Shown: positions 25,155 to 35,765, counted from the stretch's first letter. The stretch: 64,000 nucleotides of DNA from Candidatus Berkelbacteria bacterium (GCA_043751595.1 JAYUZR010000035.1:2534-66533), one strand, 5' to 3'. The notes: generated by a model not told the origin, from the letters alone. Program-made: numbers and translations.

Positions 25155-27293
25155 CTAATTCTGAAGGAAATGCTCCAGAACCACTCTTCGCTCAATTGAA
25201 GCTAGAAGCTCAGCTGTTTGCACCTGATTACTCTGGGAGCAAACCACACCCATCGCGCCAGCAGAAATTGCAGCCTGTACCAAGGCAGGATCAGGGTCAA
25301 CTCCTTCAAATAAAATATAGGCCGGGACACCATATGCATCCGCCAAACTAATGGCCTCAGAAACTTGTCCAGCCAAAAGTACCGGATAATGGACATACTT
25401 AGTCATCCCTCCGTGCTCTCTATCTATACCAAGCATCAGCTCTGCCAAGGCAGGAAGATCCAGGTACACGCCATCAATCCCGTGCTCAAGCATTGTCTCC
25501 AGCTCATGCAGGGCCGCTGGCGTTTCAATCCGTACCCAAATCGGAAGTTCCGCGTAGGCGCGTAGTCGTGTATGCAAAGCAATCGCTTCTTTAGCATGGC
25601 GGATCATTGGCAGAACGGCTGCCACCCGGCCATCTCCCAACTGTTTTACCATCTCCTTTAGGATAGCAACCTCGGCCTCAAGCAACTCCGGTTCATGTAA
25701 TAACCGATGCGCTCCCCTATTACCCATCGTCGGATTAATCTCGTGGCGCATCGCGCCGCGGGTGTGCAACAGCTTGTGACTATGCAAATCGTGCAACTGA
25801 TACTGCACCTGAGGCACCCCAGCCGCTAGCTCTACCATTTGATTAGCAACTAGCTGCTGATATTCCTCGGCCCGCTTTCCGGCCAATAACCGCTCAGGGT
25901 GATCACGCAAAACAGCCGCAACAGATTCTGGGCGAAGCAAGATTTGAGAAGGTGCTACAGCAGCAGGCGCATACAACAGTGCATCATCAACCAAGACCGC
26001 CACATTGGAGATGGGATGAGAGGCTGCCGTACCCGTTGAGCCGGTTTGCAAAAGCTGAGGATGCACTCCGTGAAGCACCTGTCCTTGCAGAGCATCCAAG
26101 GTAACCATCTCAGACTGCTTAAAATCAGCTAGACCGGTCACACCACCTAAAAGTGGTATATGATGGCGCTTTGCGCTTACACGCACCTGCTGCGAAGCGT
26201 GAGCAGAAACAATGCCGGCACACATCGGTAGCTTACCCATGCGAGTAGATAGGTGCTGAACAAAGACAATATGCTCGGGACGAACCTTGCGCCAATCATG
26301 CGGACGATGCACATGAAAGACTGGGCCTATTGCAAATCCCATGTGCAGTACCTCGCCTGGAGTACCCTGAAGCATGGCCGGCACCAAAGCATGCTCATAA
26401 GCATCTACACCAACCAGCTGCATGCCGGTATCAGTCCAGATCCATCTTGCAACTACCTCATCACTAAATTGCTGCTGAATTGCACGGCCGGCGCGCGCAA
26501 GCATTACTGCTTGCTCATCGGTGATAGTAGAGAAGCTACTGGTGAGTTTTTTAGGAGAATGATGTACACCCGATTGATCAGCTGCCACCCAATGACGCTC
26601 AAGTTTACGATCTAGCAAAATCAGGCGCTTAGCGTCGAACCGATAGGTATCATCTTGGGCAAACCCCTGCATACCAGGGCGGGCGGTAACCGTAAGTACG
26701 GTGGCATCATGAGTACGGGTATCCATCTGGATAACCTCGCCACTCATGGCAGCCTTGGGGTAGTACTGCACCAAGATTGGGGCAGGGTGCGGTGCAATCT
26801 GATTATCTTTAACTAGTCTTGCGTATACCCGAGTATCTGTAAGCTGCAGACTAAGTAAATCGAGGATAAAGGGGAGAAGCGGCTGATCTTTTCCTAGCAC
26901 AATACTAAGCTCATCCCCTGCACAGGAAAGCTTAAGTGGAAGATCGGTAACCAACATTTGCTCTCGCAGATCGGTGACCATGGCCTCTAGCGCAGTAATG
27001 GTCCTATTAGCAGGTTTAGCCTCGCGCAAGCGCATCCGCAGCTCAGCCGCAAGCAATGGAATCTGCTCAGGTGAGCGGTGATGCAGGTGTGTGCCTACAT
27101 CCTTAAGCGCACGCTTAACGCCAGCATCTTCCCAGATACTAGCCGCAACCAGAGTGGATAAAGCAAAACCAGGCAAAAGCGGAACACCACTACGATGCGC
27201 CCTCGCCAAGCGTGCTACCGCGGCGCCAAAAAGTGGGGCATCAGTTTCTTCATCAATCAGAGAGACCCACTTGGCGGTACGGCTGAAATCCAT
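25155..27293 (-). CDS. PEP-utilizing enzyme family protein (pyruvate,water dikinase/PPDK-like) with degenerate catalytic motifs
   Basis: C-terminal PEP-utilizers motif INPTMGNRGAHR. Central mobile-domain-like SAHAS...GGVTG. N-terminal LFGAAVARLA in place of the GGK ATP-grasp motif. Start placed at MDFSRTAKW because the longer ORF overlaps recX. Confidence 0.45.
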   Translation of the reverse strand: MDFSRTAKWVSLIDEETDAPLFGAAVARLARAHRSGVPLLPGFALSTLVAASIWEDAGVKRALKDVGTHLHHRSPEQIPLLAAELRMRLREAKPANRTITALEAMVTDLREQMLVTDLPLKLSCAGDELSIVLGKDQPLLPFILDLLSLQLTDTRVYARLVKDNQIAPHPAPILVQYYPKAAMSGEVIQMDTRTHDATVLTVTARPGMQGFAQDDTYRFDAKRLILLDRKLERHWVAADQSGVHHSPKKLTSSFSTITDEQAVMLARAGRAIQQQFSDEVVARWIWTDTGMQLVGVDAYEHALVPAMLQGTPGEVLHMGFAIGPVFHVHRPHDWRKVRPEHIVFVQHLSTRMGKLPMCAGIVSAHASQQVRVSAKRHHIPLLGGVTGLADFKQSEMVTLDALQGQVLHGVHPQLLQTGSTGTAASHPISNVAVLVDDALLYAPAAVAPSQILLRPESVAAVLRDHPERLLAGKRAEEYQQLVANQMVELAAGVPQVQYQLHDLHSHKLLHTRGAMRHEINPTMGNRGAHRLLHEPELLEAEVAILKEMVKQLGDGRVAAVLPMIRHAKEAIALHTRLRAYAELPIWVRIETPAALHELETMLEHGIDGVYLDLPALAELMLGIDREHGGMTKYVHYPVLLAGQVSEAISLADAYGVPAYILFEGVDPDPALVQAAISAGAMGVVCSQSNQVQTAELLASIERRVVLEHFLQN

Positions 27294-27753
27294 ATGTACG
27301 CAGTATACGGCCGATTGCTCCGGGAGAGAAACCCCTCCGAAGCAAGGCGCCTTCTGCCCGCCTCCAGGCAACTTCGTGCGGGAGTGAGCTATAGCGAGCA
27401 GTAATCTGCTCAGCCGCAAGAATAAGCCGCTGCTCATCGCTTTCGGATTCTCCTAGGGCTTCACTTGCAACCGGTGCAGCAATCCCCTTTTTACGAAGCT
27501 CCAAGGTAACCACTCGGCGGGATTTTGCCTTATTACGCAAGCCGCTCGCTACCACCGTAGCCACTTGTTTGTCGTCCAAAAGTTTTACCTGCTGCAACTT
27601 TTCCATAGTCTGGTTAATAAGATCACTGGAAGCACCCCTTCTGGCTAGGCGACTACGCATCTCGTATTCGCTAAACTGCCGCATAGCAAGCAGCCGCACA
27701 CAGTAGGTGTATGCGGCTGCGAGTTCTGCAATGGGCTTACTTGGTTGCCTCAT
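27253..27753 (-). CDS. recX: Regulatory protein RecX
   Basis: RecX-like three-helix repeats ([32 protein letters not shown]...). Immediately downstream of recA with a 17-nt overlap. Confidence 0.7.
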   Translation of the reverse strand: MRQPSKPIAELAAAYTYCVRLLAMRQFSEYEMRSRLARRGASSDLINQTMEKLQQVKLLDDKQVATVVASGLRNKAKSRRVVTLELRKKGIAAPVASEALGESESDEQRLILAAEQITARYSSLPHEVAWRRAEGALLRRGFSPGAIGRILRTYGFQPYRQVGLSD

Positions 27754-28825
27754 CTACTACTGGAACTGGGAGGGGCTCTTCTTCGGTTTCTTCTACCTCG
27801 GCCTTGGCTGAACCAGGCTTAATACCCACTTTGGCCCGAATAGCTTTTTCGATGGTATCGGAAAGGGCAGGATGCGCCTTAAGGTATTCTCGAGCACCCT
27901 CTTTACCTTGACCAAGTTTTTCTTCGCCGAGGTAATACCAGGCACCAGACTTGCGGACGATATCCATAGAGACACCGGTCTCGATAAGATCGCCTTCGCG
28001 CGAGATACCTTCTCCGTAAATAAGATCGAAAAGAGCAGTACGGAAAGGTGGAGCAATCTTGTTCTTTACCACCTTTACGCCGGTAACTACGCCAACCACG
28101 GTATCCCCTTCTTTAATTTGCTCTTTGCGGCGGATTTCGAGGCGAAGCGATGCGTAGAACTTGAGAGCGTTTCCACCGCTGGTAGTCTCTGGGTTACCAA
28201 ACATAACACCGATCTTCATACGGATTTGGTTGATGAAGATGACGGTAGTTTTGGATTTAGAGATGGCACCAGTAAGCTTGCGCAAAGCTTGTGACATAAG
28301 GCGAGCCTGTACACCAACCATAGCGTCTCCCATTTCTCCTTCGATTTCTGCACGGGGAACCAAGGCGGCGACGGAATCGATTACGATAATATCGACAGCA
28401 TTAGAGCGCACCAAGGTTTCGCAGATTTCCAGTGCTTGCTCTCCGGTATCTGGCTGAGAAACAAGAAGATCTTGCAGCTGAACACCGAGGGTTTTAGCGT
28501 ACTCGGGATCGAACGCGTGCTCAGCATCAATGAATGCGGCGAGACCACCGGTGCGCTGAACGGCGCCAAGGATGTAACTGGAGAGACTGGTCTTACCAGA
28601 TGACTCTGGCCCGTAGATTTCGATGATGCGACCGCGAGGAATACCGCCACCAAGAGCGACATCGAGTGAGGCGATACCAGTGGGGATGATTTCTACATTG
28701 GCGATGGCGTTGCCGGCGCCCATTGTCATGATGGCGCCCTTGCCAAATTGTTTCTCGATAGAAGCAATAGCGATATCGAGGGCTTGTTTTTTACCGGCTG
28801 CGGGATCTGTGTGTGCTGCTGCCAT
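27737..28825 (-). CDS. recA: Recombinase RecA
   Basis: [11 protein letters not shown], Walker [12 protein letters not shown], and [37 protein letters not shown]. Start taken at MAAAHTD. Confidence 0.9.
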   Translation of the reverse strand: MAAAHTDPAAGKKQALDIAIASIEKQFGKGAIMTMGAGNAIANVEIIPTGIASLDVALGGGIPRGRIIEIYGPESSGKTSLSSYILGAVQRTGGLAAFIDAEHAFDPEYAKTLGVQLQDLLVSQPDTGEQALEICETLVRSNAVDIIVIDSVAALVPRAEIEGEMGDAMVGVQARLMSQALRKLTGAISKSKTTVIFINQIRMKIGVMFGNPETTSGGNALKFYASLRLEIRRKEQIKEGDTVVGVVTGVKVVKNKIAPPFRTALFDLIYGEGISREGDLIETGVSMDIVRKSGAWYYLGEEKLGQGKEGAREYLKAHPALSDTIEKAIRAKVGIKPGSAKAEVEETEEEPLPVPVVDEATK

Positions 28826-28967
28826 AAGAGTAATTAAGGAGTGACGGACTGGCTTCCACAAGTAGTGTAGCCTAGCCCAAGAAACCGAACAACCCCCGCA
28901 CATCGATCTTGCCAATCTATTCAAGAATCACTAGTATTTGCATAGATTTGCTGGTAGACCATCGGTC

Positions 28968-30116
28968 ATGCATCCTTCTTCAAAAAAACTCGCCCTCTCC
29001 CTGGTCTCTCTTGTGGGTACCCTAGCTATTACGGTGCCTCATCCTGCTTTTGCCGTTTCACTCCTCGATCAAGATTTTTTGCCCTTTAGTTCTCGCTGGC
29101 AGGCTCCCCTTATTACTACCCGAACAAAAACAAGTGCATCCGCTGGAATTACCAGAGAAGAAAGCTTCAGCGATAAGCTGCGCGCCGATGCCGCTAATGC
29201 CGCTGCTAATCGAGAATCTGAAACTAGCTTTGCCGCCCGCTTGCGCGAACAAGCCTCCCAAATGGCAACCGCCCGTGCCACTCCAACCCCTGCGGCTACG
29301 GTAAAGCCAACGAGCACCCCAAGACCTACCAGCACACCAGTTGCCACCGCCACTCCACGTCCAAGCGCCACTCCAACCCCGGGTGGAACTACACAGTGTG
29401 TCACCGATTTCGTCGCTCAAGCCGAAGGTAATCAGTTTGTAACCACAAGTGATCGTCTTTTTAGGCAGCAGGCTCCCTGGAATACGCCAAAAGACGCTGG
29501 ATCCCGCCTTCGCACTGCGCTTGATGCACAGCGATTTGGTACTGGTGGTAAAATTCGCGATATCTACACTAGTGGAGGTGATCAGCGCACAATGCAAGCC
29601 GATCTTGAAGAATACTTTGCCAATCTCATTCCAGGCCTCGAACAGCAGCTAGCTGGCCAGGCTAATGATCAGGCGACTAGGCTAGCTGGTCAGATTGACC
29701 AAACACTTGCCTTTTACCCCACCGAGCAAGCCAACTCAGTTGGTAGCGTAAACGCAACTCGCACCTCCTACAGTTGGAGTGATTCTGGAACCTATGCCCG
29801 CTCGTTTAATCTGCAAAAAAGAGGTTCACTCGGGCTTAATTTTGTCACTATCGCTCGAGCTGATATCAGAATTACCGCCAAGAGCACGGTGTCCCATAAC
29901 GGCATCTCGTACCAGGCCAATTACAACAATTGCAACGGCAAGAATACCGCCTCGTTCAATTACAATTCTTCAGTGGTAGTGCGCCCAGAGATTATCGTTG
30001 AATACTCGATTGAGCCACGCGGCGACAGTACACGGTACCTTTCCGGAAGCTTTACCGTGGTAGATCCTCAGATTGCCAGCGCAAACGAGCAGGTTACCGG
30101 CGGAGCACAGCGCTAA
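28968..30116 (+). CDS. Secreted hypothetical protein with a Pro/Thr-rich linker
   Basis: Signal peptide (LALSLVSLVGTLAITVPHPAFA), a PT-rich segment (ATPTPAATVKPTSTPRPTSTPVATATPRP), then a 260-aa domain of unknown function. Confidence 0.4.
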   Translation: MHPSSKKLALSLVSLVGTLAITVPHPAFAVSLLDQDFLPFSSRWQAPLITTRTKTSASAGITREESFSDKLRADAANAAANRESETSFAARLREQASQMATARATPTPAATVKPTSTPRPTSTPVATATPRPSATPTPGGTTQCVTDFVAQAEGNQFVTTSDRLFRQQAPWNTPKDAGSRLRTALDAQRFGTGGKIRDIYTSGGDQRTMQADLEEYFANLIPGLEQQLAGQANDQATRLAGQIDQTLAFYPTEQANSVGSVNATRTSYSWSDSGTYARSFNLQKRGSLGLNFVTIARADIRITAKSTVSHNGISYQANYNNCNGKNTASFNYNSSVVVRPEIIVEYSIEPRGDSTRYLSGSFTVVDPQIASANEQVTGGAQR

Positions 30117-30134
30117 GCCTGATTAGAAGGCAAC

Positions 30135-30162
30135 AAAAGACCGCCTCGTTGGGCGGTTTTTT
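30135..30162. terminator. Rho-independent terminator
   Basis: GACCGCC-tcgttg-GGCGGTT followed by TTTTT. Lies between convergent genes. Confidence 0.55.
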
Positions 30163-30181
30163 AGTAGCTTACTTCTAGTGA

Positions 30182-30847
30182 TTAAGGAACTCGTACGGCA
30201 AATGTTTCGTTATTCTTGCGGCCATTGGGTGCAGTAACCGATACCACCACAGCATTAATTCCGGGGTATAAGGAAGGGGAAGCCTCAAAGGCACCGTCTT
30301 CTTTAACCTGAACCGCTGCTCCATTTACTACTACATGTGAACCTGGAACAGTTGAACCTTTAAAGGCAAAAGATTCCCCTGCGGCCACCGCAAGCAACTC
30401 TCCTTGCTCTCCGCGCTGTTGATTGGCAAACTCTAAATTGAGAGCAGGGACGGAAGAAAAGGCTGATACCTGGGAAGCCACCGTAAAGGCAGCGCCCACC
30501 AAGGTGCAGCACACTAAAATAGCGGCTGCCATACTCGGGGTAACTAGCAATCGCTGAATCCTAATCGAGTTTTTCGGTGAAAAAGAAACCTGAGAGCCCT
30601 TACTTGAGAAATCGTAGGTGGAGCGGGCTTTATCGTACTGACACATAAGCTCGTCCACCGGCAACTCCAAAAAGAGGGCGTATTGCTCAAGGTAGCCGCG
30701 GCCGTACACCGCCGAAGGCAATTCAGACCAAGCATCGGCCTCTAGTGCGGTAAGAAAACGGCCACGAATATGGGTAGATTCTTCTACTTCGGCAATCGTA
30801 AGTTTCTTGCGGATGCGAGCACGCTTAAGCTTGTCCCCTATAGACAT
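30182..30847 (-). CDS. RodZ-like cytoskeleton protein (HTH-XRE N-terminus, TM, C-terminal domain)
   Basis: LKRARIRKKLTIAEVEESTHIRGRFLTALEADAWSELPSAVYGRGYLEQYALFLEL matches the RodZ N-terminal HTH. A central TM helix. Confidence 0.5.
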   Translation of the reverse strand: MSIGDKLKRARIRKKLTIAEVEESTHIRGRFLTALEADAWSELPSAVYGRGYLEQYALFLELPVDELMCQYDKARSTYDFSSKGSQVSFSPKNSIRIQRLLVTPSMAAAILVCCTLVGAAFTVASQVSAFSSVPALNLEFANQQRGEQGELLAVAAGESFAFKGSTVPGSHVVVNGAAVQVKEDGAFEASPSLYPGINAVVVSVTAPNGRKNNETFAVRVP

Positions 30848-30899
30848 ATCAGCTGAACGCACTTTACGTACTCTAAATCCTGCTGCCACGCTCTATATA

Positions 30900-33053
30900 T
30901 TACTCATCTTCACCATAGTCGACAACGTCATCTCCATGCGCTGAGCCGCCATACACCTCACGAGGCTTAGAACCCTTTGCAGGACCCACTAATCCCCTGT
31001 CTTCCATAATTTGAATCAAGCGAGCGGCGCGGGCATACCCTACACTTAGGCGAGTCTGCAGCATGGTGGTAGAAGCCTTCCCAGCCTGACGAACCACTTC
31101 GTAGGCCTCACCAAAGAGCTCATCATCAATCTCTCCCCCATCACGGCTACTACCTAGGCGAGATTCAACTCGCGTCTCTAATACTGAGGAATCGTAGCGA
31201 TCACCTGCCTCTTGCTGCTTAATATGAGCAACCACCGCGGTAATTTCTTTCTCTGAACACCAGACACCCTGCACGCGCTTAGGCTTGCCCGTATCGGTGC
31301 CGATATACAGCATATCTCCTTGCCCAAGTAACTTCTCTGCGCCGGCCATATCCAGAATAGTACGTGAATCAATCTGACTCGCTACCGCAAAGGCAATACG
31401 AGTTGGGATATTTGCCTTAATAAGGCCGGTGATTACATCAACCGAAGGACGCTGAGTAGCAAGAATAAGGTGAATACCGGTAGCACGGGCTTTTTGTGCA
31501 ATGCGGACAATCAAGTTTTCCACTTCTTTTCCAGCCACCATCATCATGTCTGCCAACTCGTCGATTACCACTACGATAAACGGTAACTTTCCTTCACCAA
31601 GATCTGGCTCTTGATTGTATTGTTCAATATTACGCTTGCCGAGTGAGCCAAAGAGCTTGTAGCGGCGCTCCATCTCTTTTACACACCAACTAAGGGCAGC
31701 AACCGTTTCTTTAGGATCAGTAATAACCGGCGTAAGGAGGTGAGGAAGGCCATTATAGCCGACCAATTCTACATGCTTAGGATCCACCAAAATTAGGCGG
31801 CACTCGTCTGGCGAGTTGTTCATCAACAGGGCCAGAATAATCGAGTTAATCGCCACCGATTTACCAGAACCGGTCGCACCGGCGATAAGCGCATGCGGCA
31901 TGCGAGCAATATCAATAATTGATGGCTCACCATCTGCCCCACGACCAAGTACGATACCTAGTTGCGTACGCGTCTGACGGAAGGTTTTAGATTCTAAGAT
32001 ATCGCGCAGGCCAACCACCGCCTTTTTCTCGTTTGGAATCTCTACCCCAACCAAGCCCTTACCAGGGATAGGCGCCTCTACACGAAGCGATTGTGCGGCT
32101 AAGGCCAAGGCAAGATCATCCTGGCGAGCGGTAATTTGATTAAGCTTGACTCCTTCGGCGGGCTTTAGGGTGTACTGAGTAACGGTTGGACCCACATTTA
32201 CCTCCGCCATACTTACCTCAATACTGAAATCTCGAAGTGTTTTCTGGATAGTCTCCATCTTTTTCTGGATATTGCCCGCCTGTGGCTTCATATCAACTTT
32301 TTCAAGCAAGGCTGTAGAAGGATAATTCCAGTTTGAATTACGCAGTGGAACCCGAACCGCATCTACCTGAGGCTTCTGACGAGCAGCTTCTGTCGGTTCA
32401 GGTTGATTACTCATCTTACCCCTTAGCTTAGCCAGCGGACTTACCTTAATTTCTCCAAGTACGCGTACGCGACTACTCAACTGTTCATCCTCCTCATCGT
32501 CCTCCCTATCTTCTTTACCTTCAGAAACTTCACCACCGTTTAAGAATGGGATAAGGGCACGATTAGCAACCAGAAGCAGTGAACAAAGGAAGAGTACTAC
32601 CAAGAGCATCTTACCTGGAACCTCTCCAATTGCCTGAGTAATAGTAGAGGCCAGAGTAAAGCCAAGGTATCCGCCGCCATTACCTGCCACAGCTGCAGCC
32701 TCGGCTTGATCACCCAAAAATGAATGCACTACCGCCGCTAACGTAACCAGTGCAAGTACTAATCCAAGCAGACTTGTACTACCAATAGAGAGCCTTTCGG
32801 GTAGGCGCTTGCGCAACACCATCCAAATAAGCACAACAGCAACCACTGGTGTAAAAATACCGATGGACTGCCTGAAGAAGATAAAGAGCCCGTGACCAAG
32901 ACTACCAGCTGCGTCAAAAACAGCAGCCAGCAAAAAGAAGATGACTAGATACCCAAGGAGCCTAGTAATTTGAGATAAAGCACCGCGATTTACACCCTGC
33001 TTACGTACGCGGGCACCGCTAGAGGCCCCTCCGGAGCGTTTTTTCTTAGCCAT
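30900..33053 (-). CDS. ftsK: DNA translocase FtsK/SpoIIIE
   Basis: N-terminal TM helices. Walker A GATGSGKSVAINS, Walker B VVVIDELADMMM, and a C-terminal gamma winged helix. The longer ORF begins at a TTG, so the start was set at MAKKKR. Confidence 0.85.
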   Translation of the reverse strand: MAKKKRSGGASSGARVRKQGVNRGALSQITRLLGYLVIFFLLAAVFDAAGSLGHGLFIFFRQSIGIFTPVVAVVLIWMVLRKRLPERLSIGSTSLLGLVLALVTLAAVVHSFLGDQAEAAAVAGNGGGYLGFTLASTITQAIGEVPGKMLLVVLFLCSLLLVANRALIPFLNGGEVSEGKEDREDDEEDEQLSSRVRVLGEIKVSPLAKLRGKMSNQPEPTEAARQKPQVDAVRVPLRNSNWNYPSTALLEKVDMKPQAGNIQKKMETIQKTLRDFSIEVSMAEVNVGPTVTQYTLKPAEGVKLNQITARQDDLALALAAQSLRVEAPIPGKGLVGVEIPNEKKAVVGLRDILESKTFRQTRTQLGIVLGRGADGEPSIIDIARMPHALIAGATGSGKSVAINSIILALLMNNSPDECRLILVDPKHVELVGYNGLPHLLTPVITDPKETVAALSWCVKEMERRYKLFGSLGKRNIEQYNQEPDLGEGKLPFIVVVIDELADMMMVAGKEVENLIVRIAQKARATGIHLILATQRPSVDVITGLIKANIPTRIAFAVASQIDSRTILDMAGAEKLLGQGDMLYIGTDTGKPKRVQGVWCSEKEITAVVAHIKQQEAGDRYDSSVLETRVESRLGSSRDGGEIDDELFGEAYEVVRQAGKASTTMLQTRLSVGYARAARLIQIMEDRGLVGPAKGSKPREVYGGSAHGDDVVDYGEDE

Positions 33054-33136
33054 AGAAAAGGAAAACAATTGATACTAATATACGATATCACAGGCACTAC
33101 CCTGGCTGATAGCAATCTTTCTGCTACCATGCGGCA

Positions 33137-34240
33137 ATGTCACTCTCTATTGGAATCGTCGGCCTACCCAACGTCGGCAAATCAACCCTATTTAATGCAC
33201 TGGTAAAAAATGCTCAGGCTGCGGCCAGCAATTACCCGTTCTGCACCATCGAACCTAATGTAGGTATTGTTCCCGTACCCGATCCTCGCCTCGAGAAGCT
33301 AGCGAGTATTGTTACAACCGAGCAAATTATCCCTGCCACGGTCGAGTTTGTGGATATTGCCGGCATTATCCGTGGCGCGTCCAAGGGAGAGGGTTTAGGA
33401 AATCAGTTCCTGGCCACTATTCGGGAGTGCAGTGCTCTGATTATGCTGAGTCGCTTTTTTGAAGGTGATGTTATTCATGTTTCTGGCAAAGTTGATCCGG
33501 TTGATGATTTAGAAACCGTACAACTTGAGCTCGCCCTGGCCGATCTTCAAACCGTAGAAAAAGCCCTTGATCGGTATCGTCGTGCAGCGCGTGGAGCAGG
33601 AGTCGAGGCCGCCGAGCTAGTTACCGTTACTGAAACACTCTACGCCACACTAGAGAAGGGAATCCCAGTTCGCACCCTCAACCTTACTTCCGATGCAGCC
33701 AAGATTGTTCTTCGAGAACTTCAACTCCTTACTGCAAAGCCGATTATTATCGTGGCTAACGTAGCCGAAGACTCAATTACCACCTCTGCCGAAAGCCTCT
33801 TTGTTGAATATAGGCTCGATCGCTTTGTTTCCAGTAGCGATTTTGTTCTGCCCTTATGTGCACAGGTAGAAGCTGAACTCGCCCAGGTGGAGGGTGCCGA
33901 CCAGCTAGACCTTCTTGGCGCCTACGGCATGCAAGAACCTGGCCTGAACCGTCTTATTCGTGGCGCCTACGCACTCTTAGGGCTCCAGACATACTTTACC
34001 TGTGGACCAAAAGAAATCCGCGCTTGGACGATCCAGCGTGGTTTAAACGCACAACTTGCAGCAGGGGTGATTCATACCGATTTTATCAAGCACTTTATTC
34101 GGGCTGAAACGATTGCCTACAACGATTATGTCAGCCTTGGTGGGGAGCAGGGAGCAAAAGAGGGCGGTAAGCTTCGTCTAGAAGGAAAAGAATACATCGT
34201 CCAGGATGGGGATGTACTCCATTTTAGAGTTTCGGTTTAA
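33137..34240 (+). CDS. ychF: Ribosome-binding ATPase YchF
   Basis: GIVGLPNVGKSTLFNALV, NYPFCTIEPNVG, and a C-terminal TGS domain. Confidence 0.9.
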   Translation: MSLSIGIVGLPNVGKSTLFNALVKNAQAAASNYPFCTIEPNVGIVPVPDPRLEKLASIVTTEQIIPATVEFVDIAGIIRGASKGEGLGNQFLATIRECSALIMLSRFFEGDVIHVSGKVDPVDDLETVQLELALADLQTVEKALDRYRRAARGAGVEAAELVTVTETLYATLEKGIPVRTLNLTSDAAKIVLRELQLLTAKPIIIVANVAEDSITTSAESLFVEYRLDRFVSSSDFVLPLCAQVEAELAQVEGADQLDLLGAYGMQEPGLNRLIRGAYALLGLQTYFTCGPKEIRAWTIQRGLNAQLAAGVIHTDFIKHFIRAETIAYNDYVSLGGEQGAKEGGKLRLEGKEYIVQDGDVLHFRVSV

Positions 34241-34260
34241 GGGCGTCACGCCTGGAGATT

Positions 34261-34292
34261 AAAAAAAGAAGCCCTAACCGGGCTTCTTTTTA
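34261..34292. terminator. Rho-independent terminator, usable in both directions
   Basis: An A7 run, GAAGCCC-taacc-GGGCTTC, then T5. Confidence 0.6.
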
Positions 34293-34314
34293 TAAAAGAT
34301 CTAATCAGACCTCA

Positions 34315-34512
34315 TTAGGCCATGATACCAGCTACACCAAGGGTAGAAAGGTGACCAGCAGTTACCGCAAGCATTAGCGCAAGACTCAAGGTTACAGACT
34401 CGAAAGCGGTAAGGTTTTCGAAATCGATATGCTTGGTACTAATGAGCGTAATAGGACGCTTCATTACGTGTACTTGTGCAGCAGCCTCGGTAGTTGAAGA
34501 AGTATTCTTCAT
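34315..34512 (-). CDS. Small hypothetical protein (65 aa) with a hydrophobic C-terminal half
   Basis: AAAGGGA RBS 7 nt upstream of the ATG. Confidence 0.35.
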   Translation of the reverse strand: MKNTSSTTEAAAQVHVMKRPITLISTKHIDFENLTAFESVTLSLALMLAVTAGHLSTLGVAGIMA

Positions 34513-34597
34513 ATAAATCCCTTTCAGTTCTAAGCGATATTATTTTTATATTTGTTTTGCTTGAACGAGACAATTATACGTGCCCGCTCTATTTATT

Positions 34598-34834
34598 TCA
34601 AGTACCAAGAAGCTTATCGGCCAGCTTAAGATTCATGAGGAAGCTAGTTTGTGCCTCTAGGAAGTAGATTCCTACGAGAATTATCCCAAGAATAGCTAAG
34701 ATGAGAAGAACCCCTGCCACTTCTTTTGAGACCGAGGTAGGGTGGAGAACGATCTCTACCTTCTTAGCACTGCGTACAGTGGAAGGGATGTGAGAACCAG
34801 AAAGTGCAGAAAGTTTTCGGGAGGGCGCTTGCAT
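34598..34834 (-). CDS. Small hypothetical membrane protein (78 aa, single TM)
   Basis: ORF with the TM helix GVLLILAILGIILVGIYFL. Tandem with the 65-aa ORF. Confidence 0.3.
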   Translation of the reverse strand: MQAPSRKLSALSGSHIPSTVRSAKKVEIVLHPTSVSKEVAGVLLILAILGIILVGIYFLEAQTSFLMNLKLADKLLGT

Positions 34835-34945
34835 GCTGTTACACTAGCCAAAGCCCCTTCTTAGCACAAGTGAGGCAAATGCCCATTTACAGATTCACTA
34901 AACTTCGCTACTTTACGAATCGCAGCTGTACCACAGTTTGCATGT

Positions 34946-35020
34946 GCGGGTATCGTATAATGGTCATTATGCCACCTTGCCAAGGTGGAGAAACGGGTTC
35001 GATTCCCGTTACCCGCTCCA
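34946..35020 (+). tRNA. tRNA-Gly (GCC), CCA encoded
   Basis: GCGGGTA...anticodon loop TTGCCAA...TTCGATT...TACCCGC-T-CCA. Confidence 0.85.
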
Positions 35021-35042
35021 TTTGTTTTTAAGCCGGCTACCC

Positions 35043-35117
<75 letters not shown>

Positions 35118-35131
35118 CCTAGTACACTTTT

Positions 35132-35353
35132 ATGCTTCCACTCCAAATCGTACACGCCATTATTGCCCTTCTCCTTGCTGGTAGTATTTTGCTGCAGCAG
35201 CGCTCAAGTGGTCTTGGTGATGCCTTCGGAGGAGACACATCTGTGTATACCAGCCGCCGCGGAGCAGAGCGCATTCTGTTCTATCTTACCATTGTGTTTG
35301 GGGTTTCATTCGTTCTCCTTTCACTTCTCCAATTGTTCCTTGCCAAGCGCTAG
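35132..35353 (+). CDS. secG: Preprotein translocase subunit SecG
   Basis: Two TM helices with LLQQRSSGLGDAFGG in between. Embedded in the tRNA cluster and followed by tRNA-Leu, like E. coli secG-leuU. Confidence 0.8.
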   Translation: MLPLQIVHAIIALLLAGSILLQQRSSGLGDAFGGDTSVYTSRRGAERILFYLTIVFGVSFVLLSLLQLFLAKR

Positions 35354-35359
35354 ATTCAC

Positions 35360-35445
35360 GCCGGGATGGTGAAATGGTAGACACGCTAGATTCAGGTTCT
35401 AGTGATCGCAAGATCGTGGAGGTTCGAGTCCTCTTCCCGGCACCA
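35360..35445 (+). tRNA. tRNA-Leu (CAG), class II, CCA encoded
   Basis: GCCGGGA...anticodon loop TTCAGGT, long variable arm GATCGcaaGATCG, TCCCGGC-A-CCA. Confidence 0.85.
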
Positions 35446-35446
35446 T

Positions 35447-35524
35447 TTTCTTTGCGGAGAAAGCAGTCGAAAAGGAAACAACATTCCTTAAGCAACTTTG
35501 TTGCTGCTCCAATGCTTTCTCCGC
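35447..35524 (+). repeat. Long imperfect inverted repeat in the tRNA-Leu/tRNA-Phe spacer (TTCTTTGCGGAGAAAGCA ... TGCTTTCTCCGCAAAGAA) with an internal GCAAC-tttg-TTGC hairpin
   Basis: About 18-bp arms separated by 41 nt, read directly from the sequence. A candidate processing structure or small RNA. Confidence 0.3.
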
Positions 35525-35556
35525 AAAGAAAATAGGCTAAATGCAAGGAAAACAAG

Positions 35557-35630
35557 CCGGGGTAGCTCAGTGGTAGAGCAGGGGCCTGAAGAGCCTCGTG
35601 TCGACAGTTCGATTCTGTCCCTCGGCACCA
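35557..35630 (+). tRNA. tRNA-Phe (GAA), CCA encoded
   Basis: GCCGGGGTAGCTCAGTGGTAGAGC...anticodon loop CTGAAGA...CCTCGGC-A-CCA. Confidence 0.85.
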
Positions 35631-35686
35631 TTTTCTTCTGGGAAAAGTTTTGGTATAGTCCGAGCCAGATTCGTTAAGAATCGTTC

Positions 35687-35762
35687 GGGCTCTTAGCTCA
35701 GTTGGTAGAGCGCTTCGTTTACACCGAAGATGTCAGAGGTTCGAGTCCTCTAGGGCCCACCA
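35687..35762 (+). tRNA. tRNA-Val (TAC), CCA encoded
   Basis: GGGCTCTTAGCTCAGTTGGTAGAGC...anticodon loop TTTACAC...AGGGCCC-A-CCA. Confidence 0.85.
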
Positions 35763-35765
35763 TTA

